Source: Octopus vulgaris (lineage: Eukaryota). Taken from it: a stretch of DNA of 64,000 nucleotides. Under the pieces are notes generated by a model. It was not told the DNA's origin. It made no database searches and saw nothing but the letters and a program-made list of their open reading frames with translations. Shown here one piece after another: positions 1 to 12,300 of this stretch; position 1 is the stretch's first letter, and each line of letters starts with the position of its first letter. The DNA is taken from NCBI GenBank assembly GCA_951406725.2, contig OX597814.1, forward strand, positions 205,902,001-205,966,000, given 5' to 3'. The position numbers were made by a program, and so were the translations under genes.

Positions 1-1766
1 ACTGCAATAGCTGATGAAAATATATACATGCAGAGGATTTGAAAACTTGTAAGAAATATAAAGATTAAATAAATTCCCCATATTATAAAACATAGAAACG
101 ATATGAATGTTAAAATGAAAGCAATAATCTTGAAAATATAGTTAGGATTCAAATACAGGGGGTAAATATAAACTCTGAAATAACTTAATGGTAAAGTTAA
201 AATCAGATAAACAATTGGGATTCCATAATAAACGAGGCATAGAAATAATTCACAGACAGAAAATACAGCAAATAAAATTGTAATGGAAAGAAAGAGCCAA
301 AGTGTAATGAATTTCCAGAAAATATTTCTCCTGTAGTAATATAACCAAATTTTCTTTATACGATTAATCCAAGTATAAATTATTAAATACCAGAAATTTG
401 GGTTTAGAGCAGTAGAAATATTAGCTTCCATTACTGCATAGAGTAGATCATAATCCTGTAGAGTAGAAACATTTAAACTGCCATACTTCTCTAATAATCT
501 CTTATTTTGAATGAGAAACGTGCAAGTGGATCTTTGATGTAATGTATTATAAGCGACAGTCTCACTTGTTCGACTGGGAAGAACAAAGAGAATAAAGCTA
601 AAAAATATGTAGACCGTGAACCACAAAAACGGACCCCCCAGGCAGCCATCTGTATTGTCGTAACTTTCTGTTATTCCTAATATTAAGGCGCGATAGCCCA
701 ATGGGATACCATCTTGGTAAAGAATTTCTATTGTTTCATATAAAAAGAAGTAATGCATCAAAAGATCCAGAAAGAATACTGAAAGAGAAAATAGAATACA
801 AAGGAATCTTCTTAGTCTTGATGCAAAGAAAGAGGAATTGTGGAAACAAAATACCCTTGACAGAAAATGAGAGAATGTGTAAATATTATTTTTTCCATTG
901 ATCCACTCTGATTTGTATGGCAATGTGTTTTTAATTGTAAATAAGAATTCATCGTGAGCAGACAGTGGCAGATTGAGTTGACGGGAATGTGAAGGTACTT
1001 TCGCTTTTGATACGAAACTAATGAGTAATGGTAATATAGCCCACAAAACAGCTCCGAAAGTATTTGCATAATTGTAAAATATAGAATTCTCAATGATTTT
1101 TCCTGAACAAATGGATTTGGAGTGATAAACATGACTTTCATTTTTATAGAGTTTACAGCAATAGTTCTTCATAAGTTCTCGATTTATACCAATTCTTTTG
1201 TGAGCTTCAAATGTGCCAGGGCTGTTCTTCTTCATGTCTTGAGACAAATTTATATAAAAACACATGTATCCAGATTCTGCCATTTGTAATTTGTCCATAA
1301 ATATGATTCTTTTCAATGCGTCGAATATCAAATATATTAAATCGTGTCTCTGAATATTTTGTTTTCCACAAGTGATATTGATGTCAATCCTTTGTTTAGC
1401 AACGTAGACGTCTAACATATTAAAAGAATTCATTGAAAAATCATAGGAGAAAGTTCTATATAGAGTTAAAGCGCCTGATTTATCTGGAATCCACGTAAAA
1501 TGTCTCGCATTCGCAAAATAATCCAAAGGTACAGGATTAAGAAGTTCATCAAGTGTCTTGTTTGATAAATGGATTTCAAAATTGAAAACCTCTTTTTCTA
1601 ATTTTACTAAACGAGATAAAATCTCACCGATATTGGGAGGGATTTTAACTTCACAATCATTGCCGAGTTCCTTCGCATCGATGTTTAGTGATGTCAGTGT
1701 GATACTAAGAATGATTGAAAGAATAAGAGAACTGGTCGCTGTTGTTGTCGTCTGCACGGCAGCCAT
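1..1766 (-). CDS. Paralogue A of an uncharacterised signal-peptide + Cys-ectodomain + multi-TM protein; 3' end runs off the window
   Basis: I read the frame manually from ATG at 1766 (MAAVQTTTTATSSLILSIILSITLTSLNIDAKELGNDCEVKIPP...) to base 3 (...IFLTSFQILCMYIFSSAIA): 588 codons, no stop. It is collinear with copy C apart from a 16-aa longer first loop. It is absent from the ORF track because no stop lies in the window. Confidence 0.88.
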   Translation of the reverse strand, partial: MAAVQTTTTATSSLILSIILSITLTSLNIDAKELGNDCEVKIPPNIGEILSRLVKLEKEVFNFEIHLSNKTLDELLNPVPLDYFANARHFTWIPDKSGALTLYRTFSYDFSMNSFNMLDVYVAKQRIDINITCGKQNIQRHDLIYLIFDALKRIIFMDKLQMAESGYMCFYINLSQDMKKNSPGTFEAHKRIGINRELMKNYCCKLYKNESHVYHSKSICSGKIIENSIFYNYANTFGAVLWAILPLLISFVSKAKVPSHSRQLNLPLSAHDEFLFTIKNTLPYKSEWINGKNNIYTFSHFLSRVFCFHNSSFFASRLRRFLCILFSLSVFFLDLLMHYFFLYETIEILYQDGIPLGYRALILGITESYDNTDGCLGGPFLWFTVYIFFSFILFVLPSRTSETVAYNTLHQRSTCTFLIQNKRLLEKYGSLNVSTLQDYDLLYAVMEANISTALNPNFWYLIIYTWINRIKKIWLYYYRRNIFWKFITLWLFLSITILFAVFSVCELFLCLVYYGIPIVYLILTLPLSYFRVYIYPLYLNPNYIFKIIAFILTFISFLCFIIWGIYLIFIFLTSFQILCMYIFSSAIA

Positions 1767-1776
1767 ATTTGGTTAT

Positions 1777-1800
1777 CTGTAAAAATATGAAAAAACAAAG
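1777..1800 (-). promoter_or_regulatory. 3' splice acceptor 10 nt upstream of copy A ATG
   Basis: Minus strand reads ctttgttttttcatatttttacAG|ataaccaaatATG; the spacing is the same in copies B and C. Confidence 0.7.
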
Positions 1801-2379
1801 CATATTAAGTAATGAAGATTCAACTCCGTTTCTTTATTTCATAGACATTTGCAATGTTACGAAATAATCATAAGTGTTGTGGTCAATGTATCTGAGAAAT
1901 CAATGCATTTTTCTGTTGCCGAGTACCTCCTTTATGGTTAAACATATCCCCGTTTCAAGGTCGATATTTTCTATTCAAAGGTTGCAGGAGATGTTCTATT
2001 GCATTCGATGCTACCTAGTTCAAGGTATTAAAATTAGCATCATAACTGAATCAAGTTATATTTGAACTGAAAATACGGAGGTTTGATTGTAGATGGTAAA
2101 GATATATGAAATGAGTATGAATTTCGTTTCAAACAGATTCAAAATGGAACGCTAAGAAATGACCATGTATGAGTACGTTTCTAGTAGACCTGAAGATGAT
2201 AGTAACACAGAGATGAAATGAAGCCCCTTTTGGACTCATGACCGATACATCACACTACGCTTCGAAAGGTATGCATTTACAGTCCAAGAACGGGAGATTG
2301 CTACTAAATACCTAATCAATAAAAGAGACATTGAAGCCATTGACGTTCTTAGGGGCAGCTGAAAATATAGATTAATCAT

Positions 2380-2820
2380 CATCGTCGTCGCCGTCATCAT
2401 CATCCTTGTCATCTTCATCATAATCGTCATCATCCTCATCATTTTACGTCTGCTTTTCATGCTGGCATGGTTTGGACGGTTTGACAGGAGCTGGCTAGGC
2501 AAAAGCCTGCACAAGGCTTCAGTGTATATTTTAGCATGGATTTTAGGGCTGGATGCTTTTCCTAACCAACAGGCCGGAAGAGTGTCTTTTACGTGGCCCC
2601 AGCACAGAGTAGGCCAGTTTTGGCATGATGTTTACAGCTGGATGCCCTTCGAAAATACCAACCACTTCACAGTGTGGAATGGTGGCTCTTTACCTGGCAC
2701 CAACATTTGCAGGGTCACCAAGTAATTTGCAAGACAAATATTCTTTCAGACGGGGAGGGAGCATTGGAAGAAGTGATGTTGTGCCAGATGAAGAGAGGTT
2801 GGTGTGACAGAAACAGGTGT
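2380..2820 (-). mobile_element. Degenerate retroposon 3' end (RTE-type tail or SINE) with (CAT)n
   Basis: (CAT)n-like run followed by ttttacgtctgcttttcatgctggcatggtttggacgg and two ggctggatgc-type motifs, resembling common mollusc RTE/SINE tails. Confidence 0.4.
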
Positions 2821-3244
2821 GCATTCATGCTAAGGTAAGCGTAACAAGTCAGATATTGTTGTCTGGGACAGACAAGAAAAAGAATGTACCGTCGTACAGG
2901 TCGGTTGCCCTGCTGATGGGAATATCTCTTTGAAAATCAAAAACAAAGAAGGTAATTATGGACAAATGCATTGTAACTTCCAGCTTCTATATCCACATTA
3001 CGAATTTGCATTCATACCAATAATAATCCTTTCTACATTAGGCCTGAAATATTTGCGGGAGGAGCACCTCGATTACATCGAAAGAGATACTTGAATACAC
3101 AAAAAGCTCAGCCAAGAATTAAGAATTAGTTAGAATGTTTTAGAAAAATGCAAGATGCTGTGCAATAACGCAGCCCTGTTGAAATGTTTGGGGAAATGCA
3201 AACACCAGAAATATATGACTACACAGCGAAAGAAAACGTTCGAT

Positions 3245-4675
3245 ATTCTGCGGCCCGGAAGGATTAAAACCGAAACCTTTTCTGTAGATGAATGGAAACA
3301 GTTATTGGAGTTCTAATATATTCTAGTTATCTTAGGTTACCCCTCACAAGAAACCACACTGGTCAAGTGACGAAGATCTGGGTGTACCATTAATGAATAC
3401 TGCTATTACAAGAAATCCATTCCAGCATCTTTAAAGCACCATTCACTTCAGAATAACGAAAATTGTGAGGAGAATAAAGATGATAAATGTTATGCAGTTC
3501 GTTTTCTCTTTAATATGGTTCAGACTTCCTTCAGATTCGAAATTTTTGAAAAGAGTCTGTCAGTCGATGTAATGATGGTCAACTACTCTGGGGGCAAAAT
3601 TCACTCAAACAATTTATAAAAGGGAAACCCATAAGATTTCGTTACAAATTTGGGGCATTGTGCTGTGTTTCACAATTTTTGTTACAACTTTGATCTGTAT
3701 TGTGGCAAGAGAATTCAAAAAGGATCCGAAGACGATCTTCCACTTGGAAGGAGAGTTTCTTGGAGTGGTAGATGATCCTCGGTCACATTCCGTATATTTT
3801 GATAATATATTCACAAAGTATAATCTGTTAGTGCACCTCGGGCAAATATGATTTGAAACAACTGCTACGAGAGATAATTGTCTCAAGAGATGTCCTCTAA
3901 AGGAAAGAGCATTGATGAGAAAGGAGCCAAGATGTTGATATGATTATAGATTTGAAATCAATAATGAAATCTTTGTAGTTAGTTGGCTTGACACTAAATG
4001 TTTGAGAATTGGGACTAATCCTGATTCAGTCGAACCCATTTGCAATGTACAACGCTAGAGTAAAGGAAGTAAAAGCAAGGGCAATGTGACCCGACCCCAT
4101 GTTTGCGGCTCATATAACAATTGCATGGGTGGAGTTGACAAGCCCGACTGGTTGGTGTCAAAATGTGCAACCTCAATTAGACGCATAAAGTGGTGCAGAC
4201 CATTGTTGGCTAGAGTTATTGATAGGACTGTTGTCAATGCGTGGACTATTTACAAACTGATTCACTAAATTATTGTGAAAAGTGCAACGTCACCCTGAGT
4301 CTAGACTGTTTTGGCCCATTTCCTCAAGGCATAGTCTTATAAATTGATTTCTTTCAATCTTTTATATTTTTGCAGTTTTTGTATTTCAGTCTATTATTTC
4401 GCTGTGTTCTTTCAAAAACTTTAGCCATTTTACATATAAACTTTAATACCAATAGAATATATTAACAGATAACATATGAGGGATTTTCAATTTATAAATA
4501 TATCACATTGGGCCAGGGTCCTCTTTATGGGAAACCCGTGTATTTCCATTTCTACTTGGAGTAAAGCAGTTTTTATAATTGATTTTGTTTCATTTTACCC
4601 TTTTTTTTTCAATAATCTTTGAAAATTTAAAAGAAATATTCAAACATTTCATTACTCTGGAATTTAATGGGTTAA
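3245..4675 (+). mobile_element. piggyBac transposon relic (internally deleted), right end GGG|TTAA
   Basis: Frameshifted piggyBac transposase motifs: SLSVD, KQFIKGKPIRF, YFDNIFT, YNNCMGGVDKPD. Ends ...aatggg|ttaa at 4671-4675. Lacks ~220 bp present in the 35200-36872 copy. Confidence 0.8.
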
Positions 4676-4849
4676 ATTATCAAAAACAGAAGAGAGAGAA
4701 ATATATATATATGTAACATACATACATGTGCCGAGCAATTGTTAATAAAGAAAACTGAGGTGTCAGAGGTGCGAGAGCATAGGAGGAAGTGAGTTTCATT
4801 GTGGCTACATTACAAGAAAACCTTTCACTGTGTTCCCTACTCATGGGTG

Positions 4850-5486
4850 CCGGAAACCCCTCAACTTGCTAAAGTTACAATGAGAACAGTCAAAACCATA
4901 GAAGAGCTGACTTCATCGTAGTCCACTATACTAAAATTAATCACAAAGAGTTAATGTATGATCACTGATATCGCAAAGGTATATTCCAAGGGGACAGCCA
5001 CTCTGTGATGTTGTTTATACTTTCTGTAAACCCTTCTTCATTCATGTTAAGGAAGTCTGTAGGATATCTCCCTGGTTCACAAGGAAACAGAAATACCAAA
5101 ATTACACACTGTTTCTTTGTGACTGACTTAAAACTTTATGCAAAGAATATGCATGAGATGAAAAAGAGCCTTGAGCTAGTTACAACATCCTCAAAGGATG
5201 TAGGGTTGGAGTTTGGTCAGTATAAATGTTGTCATATGGTTGTGAAAAGGGGGAATACTTTAAACCAGACTAGTAACAACTCCGTAAATAATTTAACTGT
5301 TTCCCCTGTATCTGGTATCTAGGGGTGGATGAAAATATATCTTACATTGGCAACTGTAACAAAACACCTTTCACTAAACAATATAAACATCGATCATCAA
5401 AGCAGTTTATCATGGACCAATAGCTGGATTGCTACCTCCCACTTTGAAGGGTATGCATTTGCAATGCCGGATCAGGAAATATCAAC
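4850..5486 (+). mobile_element. R4/Dong-like LINE RT fragment (TACA-associated family)
   Basis: KGIFQGDS..VMLFILSVNP and ITHCFFVTDLKLYAK (decayed RT motifs, ORF 5005..5322); ends in (CATA)n. Confidence 0.65.
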
Positions 5487-5571
5487 CATACATACATACA
5501 TACATACATACATACGTACATACATACATACATACATACATACTTACATACATACATACATACATACATAC
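5487..5571. repeat. (TACA)n microsatellite
   Basis: Direct reading. Confidence 0.95.
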
Positions 5572-5720
5572 GGACAGGAGGACTCGAAGTGACGCGTCGT
5601 GTATTTAGTATGGGAGACTATTTATGGAAGATACGATGAATACTATCTCCATCTTTGAAGCCCTGTTAAATAACTGGTTAATCTCCAGATGAATTAACTG
5701 AAGGAGCCTTTTATTAAAGA

Positions 5721-7193
5721 CTTGCAGTATCGCGAGTTTGTAAGGGAAATAACTATATAAGCATTTTTAGAGAGTTATAGCCAAAAAATAGGAAAAAATG
5801 CATTAAAAATGGAAAAAAAATTAAGGTAAATTTCCTTTTAAATCGTTGACACATCGTAGATATTTTTAGAGAGTTACTTCCCTTACATAATAGCAAAAGA
5901 ATGCATTAAAATGGAAAAATATGATGGTAAATTTTTTTAAATCGTAGACTCATCGTAGATGCGCGCTAATACCCAGAAGGGCTCGATATGAATCACGACT
6001 ATAAGATACCCGGTTTTGGTTACACTGCACCGCAAAATGTGGGAGTCGTTACGAATCTAAATCGTAGGAGACAGACACACAACTTCACTCTTATATATAA
6101 AGATATAAGTCACGTAGTTATATACACATACTTTGTTATATACACATTCTTAAAAGAAAATGTTATTTTGAATACAACATTTATAAAGAATAAAATATTT
6201 TTTGGTTTTTCTTAACCCTTTCGTTACTATATTTCTGACCAAATTACACCCCTTATGTGTTTCAATTAATTTCTAACGTAATCATAAATTTAGTCTGGTT
6301 TCATTAAACAACTATAACTTTTTTATTTATCAATATATTAATCTGATTTTTGGAAGATAATTTAATGAAATATTCTCAACCAATTCTACCCTATGATTTT
6401 TGTCACAAAGTGACTCTAATTGCAGGTAGATACAGGTAAATTCAACAATATATAAAATTATTAAAATTTTGTTCAAACATTGCTATAGAAAATAGGTTAT
6501 TAGCTAATATTCAATTGGGTATACAACAAAATTTTACGATAGAATTTGTTATTCTGGGTAACTTTCTGATACCCATAATAATATTTATGGCAAAATAGGC
6601 CTTAATTTCATTTAAGGTTGTGGGAAATAACAAACTATCCTTCCTTTCGTTTTGTTTACGTTTAGCGTAACGTTTCGTTTCCAGCGTAATGATTTCAAAT
6701 GGGCTCATTCGAAAAAGTAAAATAGAAATAGTTTAAGGCTTTATACTCTTCTGGGAAAGTCTGTGGCTTGGTGCAGTTTCTTCAGAAAAATCACCGAAAG
6801 AAACAGTTTTTAAATTTTCACTCCATTCAGGTACCAATTCATTTTCTTAATCGCTGTCGGATTCACTGTTTTCACTTTAATAGCTGCAAACTTGCAAAGA
6901 CAAAGGAGGAGAAGGGTGATAGCGTCAGTGAAACAGTCGCTCCCTTTGTGTGTGTGTGCGTTTGCGTGTGGTGTATCCCACATTAAGAAAAACATTTGAC
7001 ATATACACCAGAATGTGAGTTTTCTCTAAATTTTGCTTAATTGGGGCTGAAATTTTAAAAACCGGACCTGGCATGACCCGATGCATTCTACTCTTAAAAA
7101 TGCTAGGTAAATTGTAATTGAAGAAATCCTATATTGTAGATTTCTATAAATTACAAAGGGAGGCAGATAAAATCTGCCTTTTATAATAAGAGA
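5721..7193 (-). mobile_element. Non-autonomous Helitron (inverted copy) carrying a piggyBac fragment
   Basis: The 5' terminus TCTCTTATTATAAAAGGCAG at 7193 matches the 7792 copy. The 3' terminus at 5721 is a decayed match to 9356. It is inserted at A|T: the flanks ttattaaaga|tcgtattgattttcg rejoin to the uninterrupted sequence at ~11326 and ~37695. Confidence 0.75.
6212..6760 (-). mobile_element. Second piggyBac-family fragment inside the Helitron
   Basis: TTAA|CCCTTTCG terminus at 6212. ORF 6511..6708 (ETKRYA...TTLNEIKAYFAINIIMGIRKLPRI) matches the piggyBac transposase N-terminal motif. Confidence 0.65.
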
Positions 7194-7791
7194 TCGTATT
7201 GATTTTCGACTGAAACTTGAATTTAGCATGCAGAGATTTACTACAAACAACATGGCTGGACACAACATCAACAACAACACAACCAAGGAACAGAAGAAAA
7301 GCAACAGCTCAACAGATAAACGGAGGACACTCACTTTCGAACTAATGTCTCTCAAACCGGAGCAAAAAGTTGTCAGTGACAAACCCGGAAATCAGAAGAG
7401 AATAACCAAGTGAAAAACAGTAAACAAAAGATTTAAGCGAAACCAGGCAGCAGTATACAGTGACATGAGAAGAGGTGCAGTGGACATTACAGAAACTTCT
7501 TCACGAGAAGACAGAGACCTCTTCTGGAGGAAAATATGTTAAACCACACGAATAATAATAATCGTCTTACCTTTCTGAGTCTGTCACTTTGAATGGTATA
7601 CGTACAACAAATACTGGAAAACAAAATGTTTGCCAATTTCTTAAAAATCTCAGTAATATTTCTCAAACATCGAAATTAATTTCCTCTGCGTTTTCCTGAT
7701 TAAGGCAGAACCTAGACAATATGTGTAGACAGGCTGTACTATCATAACTAAGCTTGAACATGAGTGAGTGATTTGCAATACTTGTAGAATA

Positions 7792-9356
7792 TCTCTTATT
7801 ATAAAAGGCAGATTTTATCTGCCTCCCTTTGGGAGTTATACAAATCTACAATATAGGATTTCTTCAATTACAATTTACCTAGCATTTTTAAGAGTACAAT
7901 GCATCGCGTCATGCCAGGTCCAGTTTTTAAAATTTTAACTCCAATTAAGCAAAATTTACAGAAAACTCACATTCTCGTGTGTGTGTCAAATGCTTTTCTT
8001 AGTCTGGTTTACACCACACGCAAACGCACACACACAGTGTGCGACGAATAAAATGAAAGTAAATAGCGATAGAGTGATTTGAGGAAGACTAAACTGAAAG
8101 TATTTAAACCACTACTCAAAAAATAAAAAAACACAGCAAACAGAAACAAATAAATACATAACCATTTAATCCTCACACAATTTCTTCAATTAGAATTTAC
8201 CTAAGATTTTTCAGAGTACTTCAGTGGGTGATGCCATAAAAAATTTCTTTCAATTTTACCACCAATTAAGACAAAATTCGAGAAAACTCAATATTTTAAC
8301 ATATCACTCCGAAAGCATTGATGTACATGTGTGCGTGCGTGAGTGTGTGTGTGTCATTCCTCACACACACGCATACACATACATATACAACTACATACAA
8401 CTACATACACATACAACTACATACAAACACGTGTGTGTTTGTTATTAGTAAAAAAGGCGCCAAAACTCAACTCACTTATCATTCCAACACATTTGCAAAG
8501 ACACACAGACGGACAGAAAAGGTAAATTGGTTTTTATTTTACTCTGTATATATTTTATTATATAATATTATATATAGATATATGTATATATAATTGCAGT
8601 ATGAAACAGTGTTTATGTATAAACAGACGACACTTATATATAGTTACCAAGCCGCCCGAATTTACCTATTCATATTTAAATGAGAATATCAGAGCAAATC
8701 TCTTTAGTACATTCGTGAAAACACGTATTATACTTCGTAAACACTTCAACTACAGTTTTGTACAAAAATCGAAGTGTAATTTTAATTCCGTGAATTATGG
8801 GAGATTTTTTTCCGAAATTTGTTCCTATTGTGTTTTCAAAATTTGTAATTCTGACAAAAAATGGATACGAATTTCATTATATCAAGCAGCGAGTCAGAAT
8901 TCGAAGGATTTTCTACTGAAGACCTTCATAAATCTAACTCTATGACTGAAAAAAAAAGCATCTTTATAAAAGAGTGAAGTTGTGTGTCTGTCTCCTACGA
9001 TTTAGATTCCTAACTACTCCCACATTTTGCGGTGCAGTTTAACCAAAAGCGGGTATCTTATAGTCGTGATTCATATCGAGCCCTTCTGGGTATTAGCGTG
9101 CGTCTACGATGAGTCTACGATTTAAAAAAAATTTACCATCATATTTTTCCATTTTAATGCATTTTTTTCGCTTTTATATAAGGGAAGTAACTCTCTAAAA
9201 ATATCTACGATGTGTCAACGATTTAAAAAAAAATTTACCTTAATTTTTTTTCAATTTTTAATGCATTTTTTGGCTATTTTTTGGCTATAACTCTCTAAAA
9301 ATGCTTATATAGTTATTTCCCTTACAAACCCGAGCAACGCCGGGCGATACTGCTAG
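7792..9356 (+). mobile_element. Non-autonomous Helitron
   Basis: A|TC 5' end; 3' hairpin cccgagcaacgccggg followed by CTAG|T at 9353-9357; no target-site duplication. Confidence 0.8.
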
Positions 9357-9605
9357 TATAAATATAAAATTGTAAATGCATTTGTAAAGAACATAATGGA
9401 ATCAGTCAGGGGAATAACCCATTTAAATATACATATATATATATAAACTTTTCTGGGTGTGACTAAAGTTGTGAGATGACTGTATGTATAATTTTTTTTA
9501 TTTTTTAAGTTTTAACTTTTATATTTTTAAATTAATTTTATGTATTGCCTTATGTTTTTCACTATTTGATTTGTCTAATAGTGGTTTTATCTCTAATTTA
9601 ATATG

Positions 9606-9609
<4 letters not shown>

Positions 9610-9671
<62 letters not shown>
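9610..9671. repeat. (TA)n microsatellite
   Basis: Direct reading. Confidence 0.95.
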
Positions 9672-9678
<7 letters not shown>

Positions 9679-9744
9679 CAGGACAGTGATTAAATGCAGG
9701 AGAGTCACCTAAACGCACCATTGCACCCTAAAAAGTATTCAATA

Positions 9745-11040
9745 ATTTAACTGTTTCCCCTGTATCTGGTATCTAGGGGTGGATGAAAATATATCTTCCA
9801 TTAGCACCTGTAACGAAACACCTGTCACTAAAGAATATTACAGCCGAATAAAGAAACTTTGGACCTCAGAACTTTCTACATTCAATGAACCAGTGTCCCA
9901 CAATGTGTTTGCAGTGCCAGTACTAGTCCCAACGTAGACTCCCCTACCTAAAATGAAAACAAGGTGGCAGAGGCTTAACATCTATCCCAAATGCCTTTCA
10001 ATGTCGCATCATATCCCTTCAGCAAAATCTTTTACACACCAATTGTCGACGAGCATCCCTTGACCAAGTTTGCATACATGAAGCTAATAACATCATAAGT
10101 CTTGGAAGGCAGCTCCTTGAGCAACACTCTGTCTGATAACCTAGAATACATGCTCAAATAAGCCGCACGACTCTACTGCAACTTATCATCAGATGAAAGG
10201 ATGAGCCTATGTAAGCAGACGAGCATGCATGGATATGATAGTAGAAAGCTCCGTGATGATAGTAACATCGATCATCAAAGCAGCTTATCATGGACCAATA
10301 GCTGAATTGCTACCTCCCACTTTGAAGGGTGGGCATTTGCAATGCCGGATCAGGAAATATCAACCAAGTACCTGATGCGCAAAAAGGATAGAGATGCAGG
10401 AAAAGCAGTAAAATGTGACGATGATTCTGTGGTGTTCACACTGAAGATATTACCCACATCATAAGTAGTTGTCCGAAAACGTCATGATGGACACTATAAT
10501 GAAATCCGTCGGAAAGATAATCCCGAGAAGGAAGAAATAAGAACCCACAATATGGTAGATGCCATAGCCACTCATAATGAGAAAGAATACTGTTGGAATG
10601 TACCGGTGATGGCCTCAATAAAATATAGGAACAAGAGACCTGATATAATGATTTGGGATAGAGAAGAGAAACTGTGCACAGTTGTGGAAATTTGCTGCCC
10701 AGCGGATGTTAACATAAAGCTGTAGAACAGTGAAAGAGAGAAAACCTATGCTGAACTATTGAGAAATCTGCAGTTACTCTATCCAGATTACAAGTTCAGG
10801 TTTATACCTGTAATTATTGGGGCCCTGGGATATGTAACACACTGCCTAAATACCAATTTTGAGAAATTAGGCTTCTCAAAACCAGAAAGGAGAAAGCTAA
10901 TTCGAAGATTACAGATCCAATCCATCACTGGAACTGTAAAAATCTGTAAAACTTTCCAGAGGTTTATCATTTAAATATATATGAGTATGTCTAGATATGT
11001 AACTATATGCACGAGAAAACATACACAATACATACAAATC
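9745..11040 (+). mobile_element. R4/Dong-like LINE 3' part with restriction-like endonuclease, ending in (TACA)n
   Basis: Decayed EDITHIISSCP, NKRPDIMIWD..VVEICCP, and YAELLRNLQLLYPDYKFRFIPVIIGALG (ORF 10759..10974). Confidence 0.7.
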
Positions 11041-11044
11041 TGCA

Positions 11045-11182
11045 CATATACATACATACATACATACATACATACATACACACAAACATACGTACATGCA
11101 TACATACATGCATGCATACATACATACATACATACATACACACACATACATACATACATACATACATACATACATACATACA
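11045..11182. repeat. (TACA)n microsatellite
   Basis: Direct reading. Confidence 0.95.
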
Positions 11183-11184
11183 TG

Positions 11185-12300
11185 TGGAAACACAGACACG
11201 AAGTGACATGTCACGTATTCAGTATGGAAGACTATTTATGGAAGATACGATGAATACTATCTCCATCTTTGAAGCCCTGTTAAATAACTGGTTAATCTCC
11301 AGATGAATTAACTGAAGGAGCCCTTTATTAAAGATTGTATTGATTTTCGACTGAAACTTGAATTTAGCATGCAGAGATTTACTACAAACAACATGGCTGG
11401 ACACAACATCAACAACAACACAACCAAGGAACAGAACAAAAACAACAGCTCAACAGATTCTTTCTAGCTTTAGTTAGAAAAGAAACCGTAACCACAAAAC
11501 TCATTTTGTTTTCTTGGATTTATGAATTGAGGACAGATTTATTAATTGTTATAGAAGAGCTAAACAAAACCCTTTTGTTGGATGTTTGGTCAGATTGGAA
11601 CCATACATGGACGATCTGCATCCACAACTAAATCATTTTACTGCGAAAGTAGCAATAGTAGTCAGGGCTATATAGCGGTGCCCCGACTAAAAGATTTTCA
11701 AGAAGAAATAACTGTGAATTCGAAGCACTCTCTCGAAGAGAGATAATTCTATATCAAAGTAAGCAAAAGACTACCAGACACGGTATTAAAAGTTCACCAA
11801 GAAGAAGAGAAGAAGGAGATAGAAGTGATGTTTTGAGATAGCAAAAAGAGGACATTCAATTACGAACTGACCACTCTCAAACAGGAGCTAAAAGATGTCA
11901 GTGAGAAACCTCGAAATCAGAAGAGAATAACCAAGAGAAAAACAGTAAACGAAAAAGAAAAAATTAACCAGAACCAGGCAGCAGTATACAGAGATATTGA
12001 GAGGAGGGGTAATGAACATCACAGAAACTTCTTCACGAGAAGACATAGACTTCTTCTGGATGAAAAGGTGTGAAACCACAAAAATAACAATAACAAACAG
12101 GAAAGGAAAGGCAACAGCATTTATAGGGTTTCCAACTCCAGAGAGAAAAAGAAAACCCGATTGATTCATGGTTTATCCTCAGACAGACACCTCGTCTCAC
12201 AGTAAACTCCTCCAAAGAAAACAAAATACTAAAAATAACAGCCAATTATCTCTCAAATCTTTCCTTCAATTCTTAGAAAGGAAATACCTTGGTGGATAAT
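11185..12300 (+). mobile_element. Probable 5' portion of the TACA-associated R4/Dong-like LINE (also at 5572-5720 + 7194-7560 and 37555-38500)
   Basis: Three copies, each starting right after (TACA)n. Decayed ORF MAGHNINNNTTKEQ... with NQAAVYRDI..TETSSREDIDFFW, resembling the pre-RT region of the other R4-like elements here. Confidence 0.5.

Noticed and set aside
701-1782. Short ORFs 701..901, 812..1141 and 1558..1782 and their equivalents over B and C
   Set aside because: Antisense or off-frame shadows of the real coding frame.
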